From contig MFUV01000005.1 of NCBI GenBank assembly GCA_001787005.1, positions 2,764-66,763 of the forward strand: a DNA stretch of 64,000 bases. Direction: 5' to 3'. The stretch comes from Candidatus Nomurabacteria bacterium RIFCSPLOWO2_01_FULL_39_18. GTDB taxonomy: Bacteria > Patescibacteriota > Minisyncoccia > Phycocordibacterales > UBA9973. A program made the translations under genes and the position numbers. Positions 1 through 8,826 of the stretch are shown one piece after another (the stretch's first letter is position 1; the number at the start of each line of letters is the position of its first letter). The notes beneath the pieces were generated by a model. The model was not told where the DNA came from and searched no databases. It worked only from the letters and a program-made list of their open reading frames with translations.

Positions 1-2
1 TT

Positions 3-374
3 GAATTTACCGAGAAAGAAAATATAAATTGGGAAAAAGAATTTGAATCTACCAAAGAACTAACTGGAATAATAGCTAATGTTGGGAAAATCAGAGCAGT
101 ATGCAAAGTAATTAATAATACAAACGAATTTATAAAATTAAATAAAGGAGATATTTTAGTCGCAAGAACTACAAATCCGGCATGGACACCGTTATTTGCT
201 ATAGCAGGCGGAGTTATTACTGAAGTCGGAGGGCTTTTATCTCACGCAGCTATTGTAGCCAGAGAATATGGAATACCTGCCATGGTCAATGTAAAAGCCG
301 CAACAAAAATTTTAAAAGACGGTGGCTTAGTAGAAATGGATGCTAACAAGGGTGTTGTAAAAATTTTAACTTAA
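3..374 (+). CDS. 3' end of a PEP-utilizing enzyme mobile (phosphohistidine swivel) domain protein, partial
   Basis: Frame 3 open to TAA at 372-374; reads ...GDILVARTTNPAWTPLF...TEVGGLLSHAAIVAREYGIPA, the PEP-utilizer His motif. Confidence 0.9.
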   Translation, partial: EFTEKENINWEKEFESTKELTGIIANVGKIRAVCKVINNTNEFIKLNKGDILVARTTNPAWTPLFAIAGGVITEVGGLLSHAAIVAREYGIPAMVNVKAATKILKDGGLVEMDANKGVVKILT

Positions 375-411
375 TATTTTATTAAAATCGTCGCCGAAAA
401 TCCAAAAGAAG

Positions 412-713
412 CCCGCCCGCATTCATTCCCCAGACCCCTTTCTGCGGGCGGGAAATCCGCCGAGGTTTTGCCAAATCCTTTTCCCCAGAAAATAGTTTGG
501 CAAAACCGAGTCCGTTTTGAATTCCGTCAGTTTCTCCCTTAGGAGAAACCCGACCTCGCTCTCGCCACCACCATACCGAAAAATAAAAAAGGAAATCGCG
601 CCAAATCAAAACAGAATGCGTGGTGGCGAGGCGAGGGCGGAACGGAACAGCGGTAGCGGAGAGACACTGCTTCCGCAGTGTCTCGTAGCGGACGATGTAC
701 CGTGACGGAATTC
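412..713. repeat. Nested multi-hairpin intergenic element (MITE-like or structured RNA)
   Basis: IR pairs gaattccgtca(519)/tgacggaattc(713), cccgcccgca/tgcgggcggg, ggttttgccaaa/tttggcaaaacc, ctcgccaccac/gtggtggcgag, gagacactgc/gcagtgtctc. Confidence 0.7.
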
Positions 714-765
714 ATTACCTCACTTTGTTTTGAAAATAGGTTCTAACTTGGTACAATAGAGACAC

Positions 766-1515
766 ATGATATCAACATATGTTTATGCCTTTGTGAGTGT
801 TGTGGTAGTCAGCCTTATTTCATTTGTGGGTGTCTTTGCGCTATCTCTTAAAGAAGAAGTCTTGCGAAAATATATTTTCATTTTTATCAGCATCGCCGTG
901 GGTGCACTTTTGGGTGACGCCTTGATCCATTTAATTCCTGAAGCATTGGAAACTTCTACCAACACTGTTTTAACAAGTGTTCTGGTCATTATTGGAATTC
1001 TTTTCTTTTTCGTTTTAGAAAAATTCCTTCATTGGCATCACCATGGTGAAGACAAGGAAAAATCAGGCGTCCATCCCGTGGGGAAGCTCATTTTACTTTC
1101 AGATGGTATCCATAATTTTCTAGACGGAATGATTATTGGGACAAGTTTTATGGTTAGTATTCCTGTGGGACTCGCTACAACCCTAGCTGTGATTTTACAC
1201 GAAATCCCACAGGAAATAGGGGATTTCGCGGTACTTCTGCACTCTGGGTACACAAAGAGACGCGCCTTGTGGTTAAATTTTTTATCGGCATTTACCGCGA
1301 TCTTAGGCGTTATTGTTCTCTTTGTTATTGGTAATATCGCCGAGTTATCTTCAAAATTTTTTCTACCAATCGCCGCCGGGGGGTTTATATATATTGCGGT
1401 GGCAGATTTAATTCCCGAACTTCAAAAAACAAAAGAGGTGAAATATTCCATCCTGCAAATAATGGCAGTTATAGCCGGAGTTTTGGCTATGGTTGCTTTG
1501 ACTTTTGCGGAATGA
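766..1515 (+). CDS. ZIP family Zn/metal transporter
   Basis: Multi-TM; HWHHH loop, DGIHNFLDG and LHEIPQEIGDF motifs. Confidence 0.93.
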   Translation: MISTYVYAFVSVVVVSLISFVGVFALSLKEEVLRKYIFIFISIAVGALLGDALIHLIPEALETSTNTVLTSVLVIIGILFFFVLEKFLHWHHHGEDKEKSGVHPVGKLILLSDGIHNFLDGMIIGTSFMVSIPVGLATTLAVILHEIPQEIGDFAVLLHSGYTKRRALWLNFLSAFTAILGVIVLFVIGNIAELSSKFFLPIAAGGFIYIAVADLIPELQKTKEVKYSILQIMAVIAGVLAMVALTFAE

Positions 1516-1521
1516 TTATAA

Positions 1522-1675
1522 GGACTCATTGCAGGCGTACTTTTTAGAAAGCCTTGCGCAGGAGCTTAGAAAATAAAAGTGGTAATTCACTTATTATTTT
1601 CTTGAGTGACGAGCAGAGCAATCCGCCAGCTGGCGGATATGTGTGCTTTATAAAAAGTATGTCAAAAAAGAGTCC
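1522..1675. repeat. Nested inverted-repeat element between convergent genes, containing the palindrome atccgccagctggcggat
   Basis: ggactc/gagtcc ends; imperfect gcgtactttttagaaagc/gctttataaaaagtatgt arms; perfect palindrome at 1621-1638. Confidence 0.6.
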
Positions 1676-1677
1676 AG

Positions 1678-2823
1678 TTACTGCTTCCAGGACCAGTCAG
1701 CTCCTGGATTTTTAGCGTTGAAAACTTCGAAGTGTAGGTGTGGCCCAGTAGAGCGGCCAGTAGAACCGATGTATCCGATCAATTCTCCTTGTGCTACTGT
1801 TGCGCCTGTAGAGGTCGCTAATTTAGACATATGGGCGTAGAGCGTCTTTGTGCCATTCGGATGCTGAATGATAACCATGTTGCCATATCCTCCGTTATAT
1901 CCGCCTCGAGCCAGAAGCACCGTTCCAGATGCGGAAGCGTAGATTGGTGTGCCGGTCGGAGCGGCTAAATCTATTCCGCGACGACCTGGACCATGCAATC
2001 CTTGACTTTTTCTTTTCAAATCAGGAACTGGATTAATGAAATACCCAGCGGCATTCTTTAGTGTGCTGGTTGCATAATACCCTCCATTTTGAGAACTAGA
2101 TTTTGAACTTGTAGTAGAACCTTCGTCTAGGAGAATGCCGTCTGGGATCATAAGTCTATCGCCAATCGCGAGTTTGGCGTCTTCCGTAATATCATTATAA
2201 ATAAGGATATCATTCACATCCACTTTATACATTTTAGCTATACTTTGCAGTGTTTGCCCCTTTAGGACAGTATGCTCAATACCAGAAATCGGAAGAATAA
2301 AAAGCACATCGCCCTCCACAAGCTTATCCTCTTTTTTCATGTCATTGGCGGCCAGAATTGTGTCCACAGAAACACCAAACATTGAGGCTATGGCAGATAT
2401 TGAATCCCCCTTTCTCACCACATAAACACTCGCTTCGTCGTCAAACGAAGCGTCAAGGACATCAATACCGCCTACGTCTCTTAAGACATTGATGGGGCCG
2501 GCTGTCGGCAAAAGAGCATTGTCGGAGACAATATTTACATCAGTAGTTGCATCAATTTCACTATCTTTTGTTTTCTGATCTTGAGAAACTGGCATGGGTG
2601 AGACATTGGCCTCTAGAAGCGCCATGGTCTGGGAATTACCGATCGATCCTATATCCGTCCGTGCCTGAGCTTCATTGCCTAAAATAGAGGAGAAAAGGGA
2701 GGCATAAACCAAAAGGGGAGAAAATAAGAAGACAAAAAAGACCCCAAAAAATAGGGAAAATACAGAAATAGAGTTTAATATTTTAAATAGAGATTTTATA
2801 AAAAAACAAACTAAATATCGCAA
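1678..2823 (-). CDS. LysM-domain M23 family peptidoglycan endopeptidase
   Basis: N-terminal TM, two LysM repeats (YVVRKGDSISAIA, HTVLKGQTLQSIA), GIDLAA...YAH...TGPHLHFEV; start uncertain. Confidence 0.92.
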   Translation of the reverse strand: MRYLVCFFIKSLFKILNSISVFSLFFGVFFVFLFSPLLVYASLFSSILGNEAQARTDIGSIGNSQTMALLEANVSPMPVSQDQKTKDSEIDATTDVNIVSDNALLPTAGPINVLRDVGGIDVLDASFDDEASVYVVRKGDSISAIASMFGVSVDTILAANDMKKEDKLVEGDVLFILPISGIEHTVLKGQTLQSIAKMYKVDVNDILIYNDITEDAKLAIGDRLMIPDGILLDEGSTTSSKSSSQNGGYYATSTLKNAAGYFINPVPDLKRKSQGLHGPGRRGIDLAAPTGTPIYASASGTVLLARGGYNGGYGNMVIIQHPNGTKTLYAHMSKLATSTGATVAQGELIGYIGSTGRSTGPHLHFEVFNAKNPGADWSWKQ

Positions 2824-3001
2824 GATATCCTTTTCTAGCCTTTAAAAATAAGGGTAGAATCACAGAACGACCGAAGGCCTGCCCCGTAGTGAGCTCTGCT
2901 CCACTACTGGGGTGTCTGCAAACAAAGGTTCTCACGATGGTTACTATCAGGTCTCTCATTCTGTCATCTTGTGCCGTGCCTCTCTCCAGTACTATGTTTC
3001 C

Positions 3002-3030
3002 AGGATAACTCAAAAAGGGGTCAAAGTCAA
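3002..3030 (-). promoter_or_regulatory. Putative sigma70 promoter for the LysM/M23 gene leader
   Basis: Minus strand TTGACT-N17-TATCCT. Confidence 0.5.
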
Positions 3031-3175
3031 TCGGACAAGAAACCCCTGTGGAAAACTTTTTGTAGATAAAAGCCACCAAAAAATTGACAAGAAGGTTAAA
3101 AATATGCAGAATTATAAGAGTTTTTATCAAAAGTTAGGGATTAAAAGCTAAAAGTTTTATAATGGAAATGCAATT

Positions 3176-5329
3176 ATGGAGACACAAAAAGCAAAACCGG
3201 AGTTGAAATTTCACATTCATTACAATGACACGATCTTTTATGAAGGAAAAACTTACAAGGTGGTAGAACTTCCCAGCTGGGAGAATGACAATAGATATAG
3301 GCTGACAAGCCCAGGCTTGCCGGATTTTAAGCTTAAATATACAAAATTACAAGAGGCGTTGGAAAGTGGGAAAGCTGTTTTCGTTCAAACTATTCCACCC
3401 AAAGTACAAGAAGAGGTAGAAAAATACAAAAATCCTGAAACCTTTAGGGTAAAAACCGACAGAAAGAAAACAAAACCTAAAAACGAAGTTGCAAGGTTTG
3501 TTTCGCCTGAAATAAAAAAATTAGAGGAACGTCTTAGGGTAGACAGAGTTAGGCGCATACACCTTCAAGAAGAAGCAAGAGAGGCTTTTGATAGGGGTGA
3601 CTTGTCCAAAGCAAGAAGATTAAACAGCGAAAGCCTTACTCCAATGGAGAAAGATTTGTTTAATTTCTTTGACGATAGAAAACGAGAAATTCCAGCAGAT
3701 ATACTGTCTTTAAATGAAAAATTTAGCCAGATGAGCTATCGTCTTGAATATGATCTGAAACGAAAAGAAGAAGCTTTGGCCCAAGAGCCTACGTTAGTTA
3801 CACTAGAAACAAAAATTCCATGCGCTGTCGTGGAAGATCAGATTAGGCTTGCTCTTTCGTCTCACCTTGAAAACCATGGGAAAATAGAGGAGTTAAAAGT
3901 TAAGGGTGTAGGAGATAAAATAATAATAGGAGCAACAATAATTACACGTAGCTCGATGATGACCTTTAGTCGTGAAGTAAGGGTGACACTTGAGAACAAA
4001 GATACCGGCATTGAAGTGAAAAATGAGATGGAAAAGGAAGATTTTGTTTTTTTAATTAGATCAGCCATTGAAGGTTTGAGGGAAGAGATAGCAGAGAAAG
4101 TAATGTTGGAGGGTTTAGAAATTAAAAAAATAGAGATTAGGAATGGAGAATTAGTGGTAACTTCCGGCGCGCCAGAAACATCTGCTCCTACTCCAGAAAC
4201 AGCACCTGCTCCCGTAGAGTGGACAGAGGCAGATGAAGAAGAATTGCGGAGAATTGAAAAGAAACTTAAGGAGATAGAAGAGCAAGAGATGTTGGAAACC
4301 GGAATTTTTACACCGGAGTTTGTGGGAGAGAGAGTTAAATTTATCCTAGAGTCTTATGTCTTTGGACAGGGGTCAAAAGCAGTTATAAAAGTGGAGAGTC
4401 TAGCTACTGAAGGCAAAGATAATGCAATAAAATTGACTGGAAAGTTAACAATCTCGGATCATCGGGGCAGCCCAAATCAAAATACTGTTGAAAATATTGA
4501 CACAATTCTTGTGAATAATGTTAAAAAAGGTGAAATCCCTATTGTGGCAAGCGGCGATTTGGTATTTATCCTTGGCGACAGAGGTGAAGTCGTTCCCAAT
4601 GGAATAAAAAAATATATAGAGGAAAAAGGAGGGCGAGAAGTTGAGACAATGAAGATTGAAGATGGAAAGCTGGTGGTGGAGTTTAAGGTACCTACTGGAC
4701 CTGATACTGGAGTGCAAGAGGTAGAAATTCTTACGCCACCAACAGAAACAGGAGAAGGGGTGGGGCTTGATGCCTCGATTTCTCCACCCAGCGTTCCGGC
4801 AGAAACCGCCCCATCTTCCTCGCCTGTTCCACCGCCTGTGCCGGAAGTTAAAAGGGGGCCAGAGGTAGAAATTTTTCCAACGAAGTTTATAGAAGATACA
4901 ATTAAAAAACTTCTCGCCTTTAAAAAAGACAGCAAGCTTGAAGGTGGGGGGGAAGAGGAGAAAATAAAGGTTGGAGAAGTTAAGGGTTTAGAAATTAAAG
5001 GAAAAGGTGGTGAAATAATTCTAAATGCAAAAGTTAATGTGGAGATGAAGGTACCAGGGACAGAAAAAACTGTAACCAGTGATGTTGGAATAAAAGTAGT
5101 TCTTGGAAGTAAAAATAACATTATTGTGGTAAAAAATTGCGAGATTAAAGCAAATGTTAATATGATTATTGATCGGATTCTGAACCCACTTCTGGTCCAC
5201 TTCGTCAAACCACACCTTGAAAAAATTTCAGAGACATTAAAGTCTTACATTGAAGACAACGATCCGAAAAGAAGAAAAGTTGAAAAAATGGAAATTGAGA
5301 ATGGTCAATTGAAAGTTACGTTTAAATAA
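3176..5329 (+). CDS. Hypothetical 717-aa protein with three copies of a ~120-140 aa repeated domain
   Basis: Repeats end in EIKKIEIRNGELVVT / EVETMKIEDGKLVVE / KVEKMEIENGQLKVT, separated by Pro/Glu/Thr linkers. Confidence 0.8.
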   Translation: METQKAKPELKFHIHYNDTIFYEGKTYKVVELPSWENDNRYRLTSPGLPDFKLKYTKLQEALESGKAVFVQTIPPKVQEEVEKYKNPETFRVKTDRKKTKPKNEVARFVSPEIKKLEERLRVDRVRRIHLQEEAREAFDRGDLSKARRLNSESLTPMEKDLFNFFDDRKREIPADILSLNEKFSQMSYRLEYDLKRKEEALAQEPTLVTLETKIPCAVVEDQIRLALSSHLENHGKIEELKVKGVGDKIIIGATIITRSSMMTFSREVRVTLENKDTGIEVKNEMEKEDFVFLIRSAIEGLREEIAEKVMLEGLEIKKIEIRNGELVVTSGAPETSAPTPETAPAPVEWTEADEEELRRIEKKLKEIEEQEMLETGIFTPEFVGERVKFILESYVFGQGSKAVIKVESLATEGKDNAIKLTGKLTISDHRGSPNQNTVENIDTILVNNVKKGEIPIVASGDLVFILGDRGEVVPNGIKKYIEEKGGREVETMKIEDGKLVVEFKVPTGPDTGVQEVEILTPPTETGEGVGLDASISPPSVPAETAPSSSPVPPPVPEVKRGPEVEIFPTKFIEDTIKKLLAFKKDSKLEGGGEEEKIKVGEVKGLEIKGKGGEIILNAKVNVEMKVPGTEKTVTSDVGIKVVLGSKNNIIVVKNCEIKANVNMIIDRILNPLLVHFVKPHLEKISETLKSYIEDNDPKRRKVEKMEIENGQLKVTFK

Positions 5330-5341
5330 TTTTTAAAATTT

Positions 5342-7102
5342 ATGGAAGAACCACCCTTAACAAAAGAACAAATAAAAGCACTCCGGGATGCACTTCTGGC
5401 AAAAAAATTAGCGGCACAAGCTACATCTGTGCCCCCTGCACCAGATACTGCGTCACCTCCTATGGAAACGCCACCTGCGAAACCTAAAACATTCAGGGAG
5501 GAAAGACTAGCTATGTTCGACAGACAATATGATGAGGGTAATTCTGATTACACAACCCCTGTTTTAGAACCGCCCACATCACCACTAACCCCAACTCAAA
5601 ATGAATCGGGGGCTGAATCAGAACCTGAAGTATCGCCCGCAAGACCTGCAGATACAGATACTCGCAGATATTATCCAAACGGTGAATTGGCGTGGGAAGC
5701 ACTTCCTGGTGGAAGAGAAAGAATGTATAGAGAAGATAAAACATTAAAGAGAGAACGTTTGCCTGATGGCACTCGAGTATATTACCGAGAGGATGGGAAA
5801 ACAAAAGAAGTGGAGTATCGTTCTAATGGAGACACAATATATTACCGATGGGATGGGGGAAGCATAATAAGCATAAGATATAACAGTGGAATTATAGAAG
5901 AATACGACAGAGAAGGAAGAAAAACTGGACGTTTTCGTTATGATGAAGAGGGAAGGAGAGTTGATGAACCCATTGTGCCTACTCCTGCACCGAAGGCCGA
6001 AAAGGCGTCTCAGGTAGAATTTTTTTCAGCTGAATTTATAAGACAACAAATTGGGAATCTTCTTGCTTCCAATGAAAACATTAAAGAAGTTGTAAATATT
6101 AAGATTGATGGTAGGGGCAATGAGATAATGTTAAATATAAGAGTAAAAGCTGGTCCTGTGGATTCAGACATTGGTATACAAGCAGTTCTTGAAAACAAAA
6201 AAAATGCGGTAGCGGTGAAAAGTTACAAAATTGATGCAGGTTGGCTTATAAAAAGTAGCGTGGAAGGTATGATAGCGCCAAAACTCAATGAAGTTTCAGA
6301 GATGCTAAAAGAATTTATAGAAAAAGAGGATAAAAAAGGTAGGAAAGTAGAAAAAATGGAAATTGAAAATGGGCAATTGAAAGTAACTTACGGCACTTCA
6401 GGGTCTACACAAGATGTTTCAAGGACTACTTCAAGAAAAGAAGGAGCAGGAAAAATACTTGTGCCAGAGCTTGGGCCGGTTAGAAAACCAACCTTGGAAA
6501 CAAAAATCGAAAAAGCTGAAGCAGTAGCTAGACTTAGAGAAGCTGTAGCAAGCGCCCAGACCATAATTCAAGAAGAAGGTGAGAGAATGGAAAAGAGAAA
6601 ACAGGTAAGGGAAACTTTGCTTGTGGAGCTTGAATTGGTCAAAGATAAAATAAAAAATCCTTTTAAGTATTTCATAATTGACCATATGAGCCCTAAAGCT
6701 TTTATTTGTTTGTACCAGAGAAGAAAAGAGGAAGTTACCTTGAAAGATATAAATTCTGTATCCGGCAACAATATAACTGGGGAAGATGGTAAGAAGATAT
6801 GTGTTTTCACTCCTGAATTTATTTTACCGGGAAGGAATGATTCAGTGTACTTTTCTTCTAATGGATTTTCTTTACAATTATTAAATAAAGATGAAATAAC
6901 AGTTAAAAAGGAGGGTAGAAAAATTGTAATGGTAGACAGCCCCAACGCAAAATATAGGTTGGTTCATCCGAACTGGACGCATGATCCAGATGATCGTGCG
7001 TCTGATCTGGAGGGGTGGAAGAAACTCTTGGACCAAAGAGCTCAACAATATCAAGCGTGGCAGATTAGTCTTTTTGAAAAACAAAGTAAGCAAGTTAAAT
7101 AA
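5342..7102 (+). CDS. Hypothetical 586-aa protein with Pro-rich N-terminus, MORN/YwqK-like repeats and one copy of the same repeated domain
   Basis: YYPNGEL, YYREDGKT repeats; KVEKMEIENGQLKVT shared with the upstream ORF. Confidence 0.8.
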   Translation: MEEPPLTKEQIKALRDALLAKKLAAQATSVPPAPDTASPPMETPPAKPKTFREERLAMFDRQYDEGNSDYTTPVLEPPTSPLTPTQNESGAESEPEVSPARPADTDTRRYYPNGELAWEALPGGRERMYREDKTLKRERLPDGTRVYYREDGKTKEVEYRSNGDTIYYRWDGGSIISIRYNSGIIEEYDREGRKTGRFRYDEEGRRVDEPIVPTPAPKAEKASQVEFFSAEFIRQQIGNLLASNENIKEVVNIKIDGRGNEIMLNIRVKAGPVDSDIGIQAVLENKKNAVAVKSYKIDAGWLIKSSVEGMIAPKLNEVSEMLKEFIEKEDKKGRKVEKMEIENGQLKVTYGTSGSTQDVSRTTSRKEGAGKILVPELGPVRKPTLETKIEKAEAVARLREAVASAQTIIQEEGERMEKRKQVRETLLVELELVKDKIKNPFKYFIIDHMSPKAFICLYQRRKEEVTLKDINSVSGNNITGEDGKKICVFTPEFILPGRNDSVYFSSNGFSLQLLNKDEITVKKEGRKIVMVDSPNAKYRLVHPNWTHDPDDRASDLEGWKKLLDQRAQQYQAWQISLFEKQSKQVK

Positions 7103-7113
7103 ATTAAAATTTT

Positions 7114-8721
7114 ATGGAGCAAGATCCACTCATTAGACAAAAGCAAATAGAAGAAGAGCTCAAAAGACTGGCTGAAGAAGACAAGCTAGGGCAGGAGAGA
7201 ATAATAAATGCTGAAAGAGTTGTGAGAGAAGCTACGGAAGCTTTGCGGGCAGCTGGTGCGAGCCCAGAAGAAGAAAGAGATGTTTTTGGTGCGCCCTTGG
7301 GGCCAGAAGAAGAAAAATCAAAAGGTCCGCGGAGAAGATTAATTTCTGGAAGAGGACGAAGATTTTTGAGAACTGCGGCATTGGCGGGTGGACTTGCGGC
7401 ATCAACTAGCTATCTTATACGTACCGGACAAAAGAAGGGTATATGGAAAGATCTTGGTACCCAAGTGGTTGCGTTGAAAAATAGAGTAACTGGAAAGAGA
7501 GAGAGGGCATCAGTTTCTCCGGCCGCAATAAGGATTGCAAAATACATTGGTCTCGATGATGTTACAAAACTTCTTTCTGACGTTGTAAATGATAAAAAAA
7601 TCGGTTTAGATCGTATTGTGAAAGGAATTATTTATAACGAGGGTGGGTCTCCAGAAGGAGTAATAAACAATCGAGGGAATATCAAATATATTGGTGCACC
7701 GGGACAAAAAAATAGTAACGTTGAAGCGGCCGACGGAGGAACATTCGCTTCCTATGACACAGAACAAGATGGGGAAAATGCTATTAGTGCATTAGTTATA
7801 GCGGCAGCTGAAAGGGGAGAGACTTTTGCATACTTTATAGGTAGATATACTGGCACTGGGGGGGGAGAAAATATCGTGAGAACAGCACGAAGCCCCGTGC
7901 CAAAAACAACAATCCCGATCCCTAGCAGGGAAGAACCTGCACAAGAAGAAGAACAAAGACCTTCACCCCTTGTGACAAGAACTCAACCTGAAAAAAGCGA
8001 CACACCAGCTACGCCTACTCCAGAACAACAGCCACCGGCTGCGCCAGACACTCAACCGGTTATAACTGAAGATACTCCACCGCCTGAGCCAGAACAGCCA
8101 TCAGCTCCACCCGAGAAACCAAAAGAAGAACAAAAAAGAAAACCGAGACTAACCACTGCGCCAGTAAGAGTAACAACGGGGACAAGAGTACAAATGGGGA
8201 CGACTGTCCACCTTGGTGGTAGTCCAGATGCTGTCGAAGCATTGAGAAAAAAAATAAAGGAACAAATGGATGCTGGAGAAGAACCGACCGGAGCTGTAGA
8301 GGTCAGTAGAGGACAAGGTGGAAGCAATATTTATTTCGATACTGGCGCAGTGGATCGTGAGATTCTAGAGCGAGCAAACAAAATACTTAAGGAACACCCT
8401 GAATTCAGAGGAAATCCTTTTTTCCTTACACCAGCAGAATTGCTAAAAGTATATGGAATTTATCAAAAAGATATAGAGAAAATGTTTGAAAACCATGATG
8501 ATGGACTGAAGGCATGGGAAGAAATGAGAAAGTTAAAAGCAAATGAATTTATGGGAAGAGAAAAATCTGATCCAAACGATCGTATAATGAGATATTTACA
8601 AAAACTTCAAGAAGTAACCAATTCAAAACCAGACAAAAAAGAAACTGTTGATCAGTATATGGCGCATGCTTTGCAAAAAGCGATGAAAGGAGGAAAAATA
8701 GATGAAGTAATAATAAAATAA
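7114..8721 (+). CDS. Hypothetical 535-aa protein with a putative lysozyme-like domain
   Basis: NNRGNIKY...GTFASYDTEQDGENAI resembles the NNPGNI...FAxFxTxExG motif of phage virion-associated muralytic proteins; Pro-rich linker. Confidence 0.6.
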   Translation: MEQDPLIRQKQIEEELKRLAEEDKLGQERIINAERVVREATEALRAAGASPEEERDVFGAPLGPEEEKSKGPRRRLISGRGRRFLRTAALAGGLAASTSYLIRTGQKKGIWKDLGTQVVALKNRVTGKRERASVSPAAIRIAKYIGLDDVTKLLSDVVNDKKIGLDRIVKGIIYNEGGSPEGVINNRGNIKYIGAPGQKNSNVEAADGGTFASYDTEQDGENAISALVIAAAERGETFAYFIGRYTGTGGGENIVRTARSPVPKTTIPIPSREEPAQEEEQRPSPLVTRTQPEKSDTPATPTPEQQPPAAPDTQPVITEDTPPPEPEQPSAPPEKPKEEQKRKPRLTTAPVRVTTGTRVQMGTTVHLGGSPDAVEALRKKIKEQMDAGEEPTGAVEVSRGQGGSNIYFDTGAVDREILERANKILKEHPEFRGNPFFLTPAELLKVYGIYQKDIEKMFENHDDGLKAWEEMRKLKANEFMGREKSDPNDRIMRYLQKLQEVTNSKPDKKETVDQYMAHALQKAMKGGKIDEVIIK

Positions 8722-8734
8722 AAAATTCTGTGCT

Positions 8735-8812
8735 ACCCGGCAGTAGAGCTTGGCAATACTTATAAAGTAAATTTTTATTTTAAAAAAACTTTGCCAAGTC
8801 TCACTACCGGGT
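8735..8812. repeat. REP-like inverted pair, family ACCCGGTAGTAGA...TCTCACTACCGGGT (copy 1)
   Basis: acccggcagtagagcttggcaa ... ttgccaagtctcactaccgggt; related copies at 12815 and 37053. Confidence 0.85.
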
Positions 8813-8826
8813 GCTATATTTCAGAT

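Noticed and set aside
382-705. ORFs 382-609 and 517-705
   Set aside because: They lie wholly in a nested hairpin element and have no protein motifs; likely spurious.
2783-3151. ORFs 2783-3130 and 2912-3151
   Set aside because: They overlap a divergent promoter/leader region and a 35-nt repeat; no recognisable coding signal.
4477-5208. 243-aa antisense ORF and the many other short antisense ORFs
   Set aside because: Shadow frames of the real genes with Ser/Phe/Ile-rich composition.
8791-8826. Called pcrA N-terminus MPSLTTG
   Set aside because: Derived from the REP-like repeat; GTG at 8827 fits better.
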